The notes under the pieces are model-generated. The model was not told the DNA's origin. It saw only the letters and a list, made by a program, of their open reading frames with translations, and searched no databases. 64,000 bases of DNA. Source: Octopus sinensis (Eukaryota). Numbering within the stretch: position 1 is the stretch's first letter; every line of letters starts with the position of its first letter. Below are positions 49,667 through 60,662 of this stretch, piece by piece. The stretch is from contig NC_043014.1 in assembly GCF_006345805.1 (NCBI RefSeq), forward strand, positions 16,678,001 to 16,742,000, in the 5' to 3' direction. Made by a program: the position numbers and the translations under genes.

Positions 49667-49772
49667 TTAAAACTTGCTTGCAGCCAATTCTAAGTCAATG
49701 GCATTCACAAGTCTGGTGAAATAGCATAAACCTGGTTGCACCTTCCGTAGCCTTCGTGCTATGTCTTCACAG
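49667..49772 (-). CDS. KNL1: KNL1-like terminal exon (C-terminal helix of second RWD domain)
   Basis: Long pyrimidine tract + ttttaag|C TGT GAA GAC...TTT TAA. CEDIARRLRKVQPGLCYFTRLVNAIDLELAASKF* vs recalled human SQDDIATILSKVPLENNYLKNVVKQIYQDL. AATAAA on the minus strand at 49599-49604. Confidence 0.7.
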
Positions 49773-50540
49773 CTTAAAATAAAAAGAAAAAAAAGGATCA
49801 GATTGATAGAGATAAATGTTTCATTTTGGAATAATAATATTAAAAGGATATTTTGGTGTCACTAATTCAACACCAAGTTATTTGACATCAGTCGTTTTAA
49901 TGTTTATCTCATTCTCTCCCACCTCTCTCTGTAGGTATGTATGTGTATGAACATATCTCTCCATGTGTATGGGGAGAGGGAAAGATATTGATGTCAATTG
50001 TCTTCAATAAATAAATTGTAATGTCTTGCTCTCTCTCCAAATATATATATGTGTATATTTCTGCACACATGTGTATGTGCCTCCAATCCTAAAAAGTTCT
50101 CTCATCAAAACTGGCTGAATGTCCAGTCAGTCATGCCAAATTGTCAGCATCCAAAAGGCTGTGCCTGATCATCACATTCTGTACTAAAGCACTGCTTAAT
50201 AAATTCATTAAGGCAGAGATTTTTACAGCCTGATGCCTTTCTTGTTGCCAACCTGCACCAATTTTCAAACAAAGTAATATTTCCTCATGGCCAGACATGT
50301 TTCACAGAAGATTCGAAAATGATGACACCACCTGTATGACTCCCATTACAACTAAGACAAAGAGACACTAATACACACACAACAGGCTTCTTTTAGTTTC
50401 TGTCAATCAAAACCACACACAAAGCTTTGGTTGGCTCCAGACTACAATAGACAACCTTGTCCAAGGTGCCACACAGTGAGACTGAAAACAAAACCTCTTG
50501 GTTAGGAAGTAAACTCCTTGATACAGCCTTGCCTGCACAC

Positions 50541-50657
50541 CTTACATTATAAAATTTTACATAAAACATTAAATTTTTAGGAAATTGGTCAGGGTCTTCA
50601 TCATCAAAAAATAAAGTTCACAAAATTGGAGGAGTTAGTTGAATTCAAACATAATTC
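50541..50657 (-). CDS. KNL1: Candidate KNL1 RWD-C segment, frameshifted as assembled
   Basis: ELCLNSTNSSNFVNFIF then, in another frame, DDEDPDQFPKNLMFYVKFYNV. The frame changes at the A6 run 50606-50611. It ends AG|gtgtgc in phase 2, which joins the terminal exon as NVSCEDIA (human NTSQDDIA). No clean acceptor. Confidence 0.4.
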
Positions 50658-50910
50658 TCACACACATTCCATTTTTATTACTTCCGAAGAAACCTCAAAA
50701 GTTAATATGTTCTTTTCCTAGCATAGCAATTTTATCAAAGGGATTATTTTATTATAAGCCATGGCTCCATGTGCATATGAGGCAGCAGAAGCAAAGATGT
50801 GAACCAGACATTCTAAGTCAAAGAGTATCTATAAGAGGCAGATTGCACAGGAGAGAACATATATATAACATAATATCAATTGTTCAGATGAGGAGGAAAA
50901 AAGAAAAGGA

Positions 50911-51018
50911 TTAATGCCAATTATTTTGCTGTTTCAAATGATGCTTCATGGATAAAGAATAGATCTCTTTAGCCAAATCCTGCAATTTCATCATCTCAGC
51001 ACTGAACACATGCAGCGA
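50911..51018 (-). CDS. KNL1: KNL1-like exon (end of RWD-N), runs into TAA with no GT donor
   Basis: ttacag|TCG CTG CAT. SLHVFSAEMMKLQDLAKEIYSLSMKHHLKQQNNWH* vs human MLEEFSLVVHHCRLLGEEIEYL. Confidence 0.75.
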   Translation of the reverse strand, partial: SLHVFSAEMMKLQDLAKEIYSLSMKHHLKQQNNWH

Positions 51019-51514
51019 CTGTAATAAGAAAAACAAAATTGTAATGTTAAAAAGAATTAAGATAAATGTCATTATCATCATTTAACATGTCATTCATGTT
51101 TGTACGAGTTGGACAATTCAACCTAATCTGACATGTCAGAGGACTGTGTTGAGCTCTAAAGCCTGAACACCCTTCCTGACTCCAACAATTTTACAGAGGT
51201 ACCAAGACTAATGAGATCACCAAGTAACTTGCAAGTCAAAATAGCCCACTCAACTGAGTGGGAGTGTAGCACAGAGGGAAATGACTTTATGCAACATGTT
51301 GAGAGGCTAAAGCATGATAGAGGGACAGGAGATAGACGGCTACTACACGTAGAGTGGTTGAGAGCAATTGGAAATAGTGATAAAAACGGTATCATGGCAT
51401 ATGCTCAAGGTACAAGAAGATAGAGATGGAAAGTTGGGAAGAATGGGTGAATACATTTACATGATTATGAGAAAATATGTTAAGTTACTGGGATTCAATA
51501 ACACAATGACCTAC

Positions 51515-51624
51515 CTTTGAGAATTGTGCGATAGTTGTGCAATTTTTGAATATTTCTGTCTCTTTTAAAGTTGCTTTCCTCATATTGTGTGCCAAGCATA
51601 ACCAAGGATGATCATCTGCCACAC
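51515..51624 (-). CDS. KNL1: KNL1-like exon (RWD-N)
   Basis: ttttag|GT GTG...AAG|gtaggt. (S)VADDHPWLCLAHNMRKATLKETEIFKNCTTIAQFSK vs human PPSSLLVHKLIFQYVEEKESWKKTCTTQHQLPK. Phase 1 to 0. Confidence 0.8.
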
Positions 51625-52979
51625 CTAAAAGCATACATATTTTTTAAAATCTATAAAATTAGACATTTACATTATTATGAGAAATACTATTTTGGCTAAT
51701 CCTTTATTAAAATTGAATATTCTGAGAAAGTACAAGAACAACCCAGATTATTATTGGTGTTATACATTCTAAAATGTAGCTTTCTTTATAAACAGACTAA
51801 GTGACATGAAATCCAGTTCAAGTGTTAGATGATTAGTGTTTATTAAAACTGTTTCCACAGGCCAAATTAAACAGGAGATTTAATCAAACAAAAAAGTAAT
51901 TATCAAAATTCAAATCATGCCAGGATGGAAGGAACATTTTGACAAGATCCGATAGGTCAGAGGATATCTTGCTCTAAGGTACCTGAATTGGCAAACTTTT
52001 TGTATGGCAAGATGGCCTCCCTAACACTAACTAACTACTTTATCAAGTGTAAATGGAGCTTTTTTTTTCATAACACATGTAACAAAGTACAGAAAGTCAA
52101 CACTTATTTATAACATATACTAGATGTTGTAAAATTCAGAATTAAATGTCTTGGTGAAGGAAGTCAAGCTCAAGAAAATTCAGAAGGCATAATTCAATTT
52201 TTCATACTAAAATAATTTATTATTTTACAATTTTTAAAAGAACGCTGAACAAAGTGTGTACAAAGGAATATGTAGCTTTTGTGGATGTTAATTAATTTAA
52301 AACATTTGCTGAAGGATGCATGTAGCAAGACAAAAATGAATTGGACATCACTTACTATATATTTTAAGTGTGTAATGTTATTGGCTGTAGAATTAATACT
52401 GACTAAAGCAGTAAAAAGGTTGCATGGTGTGGAATACTAACACTGTTGAAGCTGCATAGCAGGAATACGATAAGGATGCTAGGACTGTTAAAGAACCATT
52501 ATCTTCAGATATATTTGCAAGTGTTGTCAAATCAGCCAAATCTTCAAGTTGGTTATAAAAACCAGAATGTTTCAGCGCATAAAAAGTAATAATCATTAAT
52601 ACTGTTTAAACCACAACTCTTCATGATGAAAAGGAAAATCCAAACAGTGGTACTTCAAAATAAATGCTGTTGTATGTTCAATGTCCAGGCCACAACTAAG
52701 TGCTTAAAAAAATCAGCATGTTTCACTGGTGGACAGAAGTTGTTACTTCTATTTGTACACTGCCAACCCTACCTGGCTGGCGTCTGCCCAAACACAACTA
52801 AATTATGCTGCAGTGATAAAATAGCTCTGTCATGTTTCACTATACACATACACTGTAGATGTCTTGCCCCCAGTAAGGCTAAAGACTCCTCTTGATACTG
52901 CATTACCACTGCTTGATTTGCCAACACCTTTATAGTGTGTTATGTGTAGTTTGGGTTCTAATGGGATAGACAACCAATA

Positions 52980-54057
52980 TGAAAGCCATTGTTATTGTTA
53001 ACGTGTTTATTTACTATTCATGTTACACGGACTTGTCAACATTCGGCGTAGTAATACACTATATACTTTACACACAGTTGTACTGTTCACTAACAAAATA
53101 GTGCCAAGAGTGGGAATGTATTCTATATTCTATGCATGTATACACATAGATATGAATGTGTAACATCCCTTCTTCTTGAAAAAAAATAAAGGGGTCTTCT
53201 GGCAGTGAAGACAATATAAGTAGTCTCCCTTACTCTAATGGATTGTCAGCGCCAGGTGGCAATCCTGCAGCAGGAACTGTGAGATTATTCTGCCTCTGCT
53301 TTGTAATCTAGCTGAATTAGTTACTTATCTTTTCATTTTCTTTCTTTTTTCTTTAACGGTATCGAACCGGTGGCAGAATGTTCTTTCTCCATCTGGTGGA
53401 TCTTGTGCTTCGCACTGGTGTCTGAGGTGTGTTGTTGGGCTGCTGATAGGTGGTTGGTGCCCGTTGGGGTGATGATTCTGTAGGTGTTGTCACTGATGCA
53501 GCAGGTGTTGTACACGTTGTCCTCGACAGCTTTGGTGTTGGGCGGATGTGGGCCCTGTTGTGTCTCAGCTGCCTACCAGATTCCGTTTCTATTATATATG
53601 ATCTTGGAGTTTCAGCTCTACTGACAACCTGTGCTGGGATCCATGTTTTAGTTATGGGATCTTGAGTATGCACATGTTGTCCTCCAAGTATCTCAGGTAA
53701 ATATTGTGCATGTTTGTTGTAATACCTCTGTGATTGTTCTTGAGTGGCTGCTAGCTTTGCCCTTGTCTCTTTTTGGTCAATAGGAGGTTGGATCTTAGTT
53801 GGCAGGGTAGTTTTGTACTTCCTGCTATTCAGCAATTCTGCTGGGGATTTCATGTCAGCTCTCAGTGGTGGCAACCATTATGAAAGCCATTGTTATTGTT
53901 AACGTGTTTATTTACTTTAGCATGTTACATGGACTCGACATTCAGCGTAGTAATACACTATATACTTTACACACAGTTGTACTGTTCACTAACAAAATAG
54001 TGCCAAGAGTGGGAATGTATTCTATGCACGTATACACATAGATATGAATGTGTAACA
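52980..54057 (-). mobile_element. Miniature two-LTR Gypsy derivative (LTRs 52980-53165 and 53881-54057) carrying only the integrase tail
   Basis: TG...CA direct repeats of ~180 bp; minus-strand PPT aagaagaaggga next to the left LTR. ORF ...DMKSPAELLNSRKYKTTLP...WIPAQVVSRAETPRSYIIETESGRQLRHNRAHIR. Confidence 0.85.
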
Positions 54058-54328
54058 TAGTGTGTACTAAGTCTTTTATTCACGGTACCAGTACTTGTGC
54101 AGGTACCTTGTAATTTGCAAGACAAAAGAGCCTCATGACTGCAAACGAGAATAGGAGAGGGTGTGTTGATGTAGGTGAGGTATTGAGAGAAAGTATGAAT
54201 GGGAAGCTTTATTGTGAGAGGGTTGTAGTGGAGGAAGTAACAGCAGAGACAGTGTTGTTAGGTAGGTTGAGGGAAGGAGCAGAAGTAAAAGAGTCATATA
54301 TATATATATACATATATATATACACACA

Positions 54329-56151
54329 CAGAGGGTGTGTAAGGTATTTAAGGACATATCTTTTGGGGGTCATTGCTGCATTTTTTCTAAATCTGTATAA
54401 TCTTTGTTTCAGAAAATAATGATGGCAGACCCTCAGCTCACTCAAGAAATGAAGAGGCATGCTGTTATTGTGGTTATAAAGGCTGAGCATAGCAATTTAG
54501 AAATATCTCAATTTTTAAAAGTTGCCACATCTTTCGTTTACAAAGTTTGTAAGGAGCTAGAGACTGAAGATGGAAATGTATCACCAGTATCAAAGCATAA
54601 AAAGCATTCTAAATGCTCTGAAATCATCAGAACACTTGAATTTATCCAGTAAGTTCAACAGACCATTGATTACAATCTCAGAAAGTCCATGAGGTCAATT
54701 GCAAAAGATCTCCATGTATCAGAAGAAACAGTCAGAAATGTTGTCCACAAAGAAATCAGTCTTATATGATGATGAAAGGTCACTTTGTCCGAAAAAATGA
54801 AAGAAAATCACTACATTAGATCTAAAAAGTTCTTAAACTAAAAAATCCAGCAGAAGATGATCTGATTTGGTTTTTCTCAAATGAGAAAAACTTCAACCAA
54901 GATCAAAAAGTTAACAGAAGAAATGACAGATGTTTATGTGCAGACCCTTCTGAAGTTACAAGTGTTAGGCATACAAAATTTCCTGCAACTGTCATGGTTT
55001 TAGATGTTATCAGCAATGAAGGACATGTGATGCCTCCTTACTTCTTTCCACAAGGCCTCAGAGTTAACTCTGCTGCCTACATTGAGGTCCTGGAAACAAT
55101 TGTTAAACCCTGGAGAGACAGTGTATGCAATGGAAGACCATATGCGTTTCAGTAAGACTCTGTACTATCACACATGACTCTAGTAACACAGCAATGGATG
55201 GCTGAAAATTTCCATGATCACATAACCCCTAACATTTCCCCAGATCTCAATCCATTGGACTATTACATGTGGAGCATTGTTAAGAGAGAGGTCAATGAAC
55301 ACGCCCATAACAGCAAAGATTCTTTGAAAGCTGCCATAGTCAGAGTAATGTCCAAAATGAACCAAGACCACTTGATTCAAGTGTAAGAATTAGCACTTCC
55401 TTCTCTAAGCCTAGATTCGAAACCGAATCCAAGAATCCTCGGTCGCCCAAACCATGGCAACCAAAGGCGCGAAAAGAAAATTTGCTTTGTTCTGCCAAAA
55501 AGTGATTGATAATCTCCCTTTGACCTGCGACCCCAGCCATGTCAGGCGAAGTTCAACTGGACAAGTGCTGACCTACTTAGGCACTGTCTCTGCTGCAGTA
55601 TGTCTGTTTTTCTAGCTGTCACAAATATTATAAATACAAGGGTGAAACAGAGAGGCAGACAATCGCAGTGGAGACGGGAACAGACACATGAGATAGATCT
55701 ATCTACGTCCCAAGTTTTTGGCAGACGATAGAGACAAAAATGCTTGAAGTGCCGATCAACTACTGTTTCGAATGAAACATGCACACACACACACACACAC
55801 ACAAACATAAACATTTCTAATATGTACTCTATTCAAGCGACTCGTAGCAGTTGCCTGCATTTTGTATGTAGTGACCAATCACTAAACTAACACTGTAAAT
55901 AAATCATTTTAATCACAAATCGGTTTATGTATTTGTTTACATACACACTTAACCACTACACAAGCATATGGATGATTCAGATCTCATATAGAAGCAGTTG
56001 TTGAAGCTGAAGGTGGCTTTATTGAATAACATTATAGAAAAGAAGGTTTATTTTTATCCTCATAGCAATTTTTTGATAAATAAAGTTATCTATTATTATA
56101 TGTTGTTTTTTTATAAATATAAATCTGTTCTCAAATATCTTATGTACCCTG
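54329..56151 (+). mobile_element. Decayed Tc1/mariner (maT/DD37D-like) transposon split by a solo LTR
   Basis: Degenerate TIRs. Remnants FSNEKNF...KFPATVMVL...SPDLNPLDYYMW; the frame resumes after the insert as ...FRSHIEAVVEAEGGFIE*. Confidence 0.8.
55382..55960 (+). mobile_element. Solo LTR (579 bp)
   Basis: TGTA...TACA ends; 4-bp TSD CAAG (55378-55381 and 55961-55964); TATA-like motif near 55626 and AATAAA near 55898. Confidence 0.8.
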
Positions 56152-56304
56152 TATATATGAGAAAAAAAATTACATTTCAAAGATAAATATTGACAAAATA
56201 CAATGCTGCCCGACTATCCTGACTGCCTGACAGTTCATCATCATCATCAATAATTCTTTTTGATAAGTAAAAACAAAAAAAAAAAAGAATTTAACCAAAC
56301 TTAC

Positions 56305-56447
56305 TTTCCCAAACTTCATCAGTTACTACATTAATTTCAGTTACATTCTTCTGTGAATCAGTATACAGACTCAGCTGCAATGTATCGATCCAGAAAGTAC
56401 ATTTACAAACATTGGCTTCTAAATCCCAGATCTTCCACGGTGACAAG
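56305..56447 (-). CDS. KNL1: KNL1-like exon (start of RWD-N)
   Basis: ttttcag|C TTG...GAA A|gtaagt. LSPWKIWDLEANVCKCTFWIDTLQLSLYTDSQKNVTEINVVTDEVWE vs human LSEWDVVEWSDDQAVFTFVYDTIQLTI. Phase 2 to 1. Confidence 0.8.
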
Positions 56448-58898
56448 CTGAAAAAAGATGTAATATTCAGAACAAAGGAGAAAACAAATTTTAAAAAAGT
56501 AAATGCTTAAAAGTACACAATAATTATATACATATTTTTCTACCCCCATCTTTGTCCATCTGTTACCTTCCTTCCACACTCTCTTGCAAACTAACTTACC
56601 TACCCCCATTACCCTGTCAAATCCTCTATCACTTCTCTTATATTCACCTTCCTGTAACTTGAGTTACATCTTCACCACTGTTTTCTTTCTTTTCCAACTG
56701 GGGTAGCCATGTATCTATTTCTTCTACAGTAAGACACCAGTTTCTATCTCTCTACATACTTTAAACTCTCATCACCTGGCATAAAGCCACCTCCCTCAAT
56801 ACTACTCCCACCTCGGTTGAAGGATTGGGGTCTTGTCTTGTGAGTTACTTGGTGAACCTACTAGTGCCCCGAAACAAAACACCCAGAACTCTGTAAAGTC
56901 ATCAGTGTTAGGAAAGGCATCTAGCCATAGGAACCATTCCAAAGTAGACATTTGAGCTTGGAATGGTCCTCTAGCTTGGCAGCTCCTGTCAAAATGTCCA
57001 ACACACACATACCAGCACAGAAAATGGATGTTAAATGGTGGTGGTGGTGGTGGTGGTAGTGATGATGATTATGGTGATGAGACATTTTACTTTCAATTCT
57101 TCATGTTAAGCATACCCCATCATTAGCGCTATCATTTAATATTCATTTTCTGATAATGACCCAGTTCTGAAATATAATGGTTTTTTGGACAAGGACAAGG
57201 AGAAATATTTAAGATCCTACTTTTAGCCTTTTCATAATAAATCTGATGAACATATTTGATGTAATATACCTTGATGTTATAGTACTGTATTCTCTCAAAT
57301 ACCTTCAGGCAGAAAAACAAAACTCAACTATGATAATCATCATCATTTTAACGTCTAATTTTCTGTGCTTGAATGGGCCAGACATGAAATTATTTGAAGC
57401 ACATATTAAATGGTTGGATGCTCTTTCTGTTGCTAAAAATTGTGTGTTTCCAAGTAAAGTGATGTTTTCCCCTAGTTCTTTGAGTACACACACCTGGACA
57501 TCACTGCTTATGGTGTAACAGTAGTGTTTCTTGACAACTATCACACAATGTCAAGACTAAAAGATACAAACACACACATACAAAGCTCATTCGTTTTACA
57601 TCCACTTTCCCCTGCTAATACAAGTTAAATATATTTAGGTGCTGTTTTACAGCTGGAAGCCCTTCCTGTCACTAACCTCTACTGCATTAATATTCCTTGC
57701 ACTTTCTGTTTTTCATATAAGGGATCTCTTATTTCATGCACCTTTGAAAGTACAAAATGATTGGGTGATTTGTTGACAAAAACACCATTTCTAGTTGGCA
57801 ACTTCCATAGGTGTAAAGATAAACAAGCACATCACACACGAACACACAGCATACAGTTAGATGTACAACTGCTATGGGTAAGTTCAGTGCTCCACATAAA
57901 GTATCATCATCCAGCTATTGTGCACTTGAACGTCCAATGCAGAGGTTGCAAATAAACAAGTGCTCCATCAGTTACAACAGCCTGCTCATGAAAATGTGCA
58001 AGTGTTTGAGCACACCACAGTAGTAGTTCTCACGGAGATTCAGCATGACACAGATTGTGACAAGGCTGGTCCTTTGAAATAAAGATATTACTCATTTTTG
58101 CCAGCTGAGAAAGTGTCTTGCTCAAGGACACAACACATCATGGGGAATCTAACTTACGAACTTATGATTGTGAGCAGAACACTCTAATCACTAAGTCACG
58201 CACCTTCACTCTGGTTGCAAATAATCACAAAGGTGAAGTATATGTATGGAAGAAAGGATATAAATTTGTTTAGCATAATTTCTCATATATATATATATAT
58301 ATCCGAACGTGGCCGTTGCCAGCGCCACCCCGACTGGCTTCCGTGCTGGTGACATGTAAAAAGCACCATCCAATCGTGGCCGTTGACAGCCTGGCCTGGC
58401 CTCCGTGCTGGTGGCACGTAAAAAGTACCCACTACACTCATGGAATGGTTGGCGTTAGGAAGGGCATCCAGCCATAGAAACATTGCCAGATCAGACTGGG
58501 CCTGGTGCAGCCTTCTGGCTTCCCAGACCCCAGTTGCACCGTCCAACCCATGCCAGCATGGAAAGCGGATGCTAAACGATGATGATGGGATAGATAGAGA
58601 GAGAGGGAGAAAGGAGAGAGAGACAGGCACAGACATGGCTGTGTGGTAAGAAGCTTGCTTCCCAACTACATGGTTCTGAGATCAGTGCCAGCGTGACACC
58701 TTGGACAAGTGTCTTCTACTATAGCCTCAGGCCAAGGAAAGCCTTGTGAGTGTATTTGGTAGATGAAAACTGAAAGAAGCCTGTCGTATGCATGTGTGTG
58801 TGTGTCTATGTCTCCCACCACCAATTGACAACTAGTGTTGATGTGTTTACATCCCTGTAACTTAGCAGTTTAGCAAAAAGAGACTGAGAAAACAAGTA

Positions 58899-59825
58899 AT
58901 GGGTCATCCCATAAATAATGCGTTTTTTTTTATACTTTTAGTTTTCAATGTACGGCAAATATGGTGGGTGAGGCATAATTTCCCATTCAAACTGCTCCAA
59001 TCTTTGGAATGTCATCCTTGCTGTATGTGGCCGAGCATTGTCCTGATAGTAGAACACCTTTCGTCTTGAAACCAAAAATGGTCGTTTTCCTTCTATTGCT
59101 GACTTAAGTTGCTCAAGCTGCTTGCAGTAGATCTCTTTCGTTATCATTTGGTTTGGGTTGAAAAATTCAAAATGGACTAAACTTTTCATATCCTACCAAA
59201 CAGATAACACCTTCTCACCAGTCACTATTCAGTCCAAAAAAAAAGGTTCATTCGTGAGATGTGACATCAAAGAAGAACATACATTCATTCACTCTCTGCA
59301 CACAATTAGACTTGGAAAGTTTGTGAGGTACCCATTGACCCCAATTACTGGCTCTTATGACGGCACACAGGTGTCGATGAATGGTTGAATTACCAAATCC
59401 AAGCTTCTCTGTCAGTTCCTTAACAGTTACGATGGGATTTTGTTCCACCTTCCAGGACAAGACTCATCTTCTAGGCTGTAGTTTCTGCCTTGAAATTTCT
59501 GGAACCACCGTTGATATTGGCTTGCATTTATTGTCCAACCCCCATATACTGCATTAATATTCCTTGCACTTTCTGTTGCATTGTTGCCTTTATTGAACTC
59601 ATAAAGCAAAATATGCTGAATATGCTACTTTGTCACTTCCATTATAGCTTTCAAAAAATAACTGTTAAAATCGAACAGCACTCTTCAAAACTTGCACTAA
59701 GAATAAATACAAGGTAAAATTACTACCTGCTTTTATAGCAAGTTGATGCAGGTCGTTTATCCCATCCCCTCCAACTTTTAGTTCATGCAATTGAAAAAGA
59801 ACGCATTATATATGGAATGAACCAA
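58899..59825 (-). mobile_element. Decayed mariner inserted at a TA inside a SINE (SINE halves 58635-58896 and 59828-59945)
   Basis: TIRs atgggtcatcccataaataatgcg / cgcattatatatggaatgaaccaa with TA duplication. ORFs MLYEFNKGNNATESARNI...WFQKF and YQDNARPH...PHPPY. Confidence 0.85.
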
Positions 59826-60251
59826 TACTAGGCTTAAAATAAAAATAAGTACGGGGGGGGGGAATTCATTCAACTAAAATTCTTCAAGGCAGTGCCCCAG
59901 TATGGGTGCAGTCTGATGACTGAAACAAGTAAAAGATAAAAGATACATACAATAGGTTTTGGGATATAGTTGAAAATGACCATGCAGAAGGGCTGAAACC
60001 AAAACCAGGTGGTTGTAAAGCAAAGTTCTTATCCATAAAGCCATGTCTGAGTCTATGGATATGATCTGTTCTTTTTCTTTTCTTTCTTTTTTTTTTTTTT
60101 ATTTTGACTTCAATATAAGAGATGTAGCAAAATTAATAGGAATTCACAAATTATTAGTTCTATATATAAACTACTCAGTTACAAACTGAGGCATCCTTCC
60201 TACTTTTATGCACACAAGGTTTCTCAACACTGATAATAACTAGAGACTTAC

Positions 60252-60385
60252 AGGGAATAAATTTTAAGTTCAATATCTTTGTTCTCAACGGACAGTTGTT
60301 CAGGAATCTCTCCATTCTGTAATTGGCGGTAAGTATCATCCAGTTTTTTGCAGGTTTCGACTAGTTTAACTTTCTCAGCAGTTAA
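60252..60385 (-). CDS. KNL1: KNL1-like exon (coiled coil); acceptor uncertain
   Basis: cactcag|TTA ACT...TCC CT|gtaagt. LTAEKVKLVETCKKLDDTYRQLQNGEIPEQLSVENKDIELKIYS. The phase-2 donor fits the next exon; the open frame extends further 5'. Confidence 0.65.
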
Positions 60386-60578
60386 CTGAGTGCATTTCCG
60401 GTAAAGAGACCCAGCCAGCATCAATAAATTAAAAGCAATCAATAATTCATAATTAAACCATATCACATTAAATAGTTTTGTTAAATCCAAATAGAATAAT
60501 AGCAAGGTTTCTTTTGACAAAACTGAAACTTAGCAAATCTAGCATACTGGATTTGGGACTCTTTCTTCCATATTTGAC

Positions 60579-60662
60579 CTTTTTGACGTGTTGGGATTCA
60601 CTACAGCTACAGTCACCATCACCAGCAACATTAAAAAAATATCTCTTAAGAGTTTCGTTAAC
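60579..60662 (-). CDS. KNL1: Candidate upstream KNL1 exon
   Basis: tttttaag|GTT AAC...AAG|gtcaaa. VNETLKRYFFNVAGDGDCSCSESQHVKK, phase 0 to 0. Weak donor; no clear homology. Confidence 0.3.

Noticed and set aside
49842-49851. U12-type donor ATATCCTTTT on the minus strand near the last KNL1 exon
   Set aside because: The upstream sequence has no suitable open frame or acceptor, and no U12 branch site lies downstream.
52380-52970. Decayed coding-like segment (LYVQCPGHN resembling hAT CxxH; VGKSSSGNAV resembling a GTPase motif)
   Set aside because: Resemblances are short, on opposite strands and surrounded by stops; no family can be supported without a database search.
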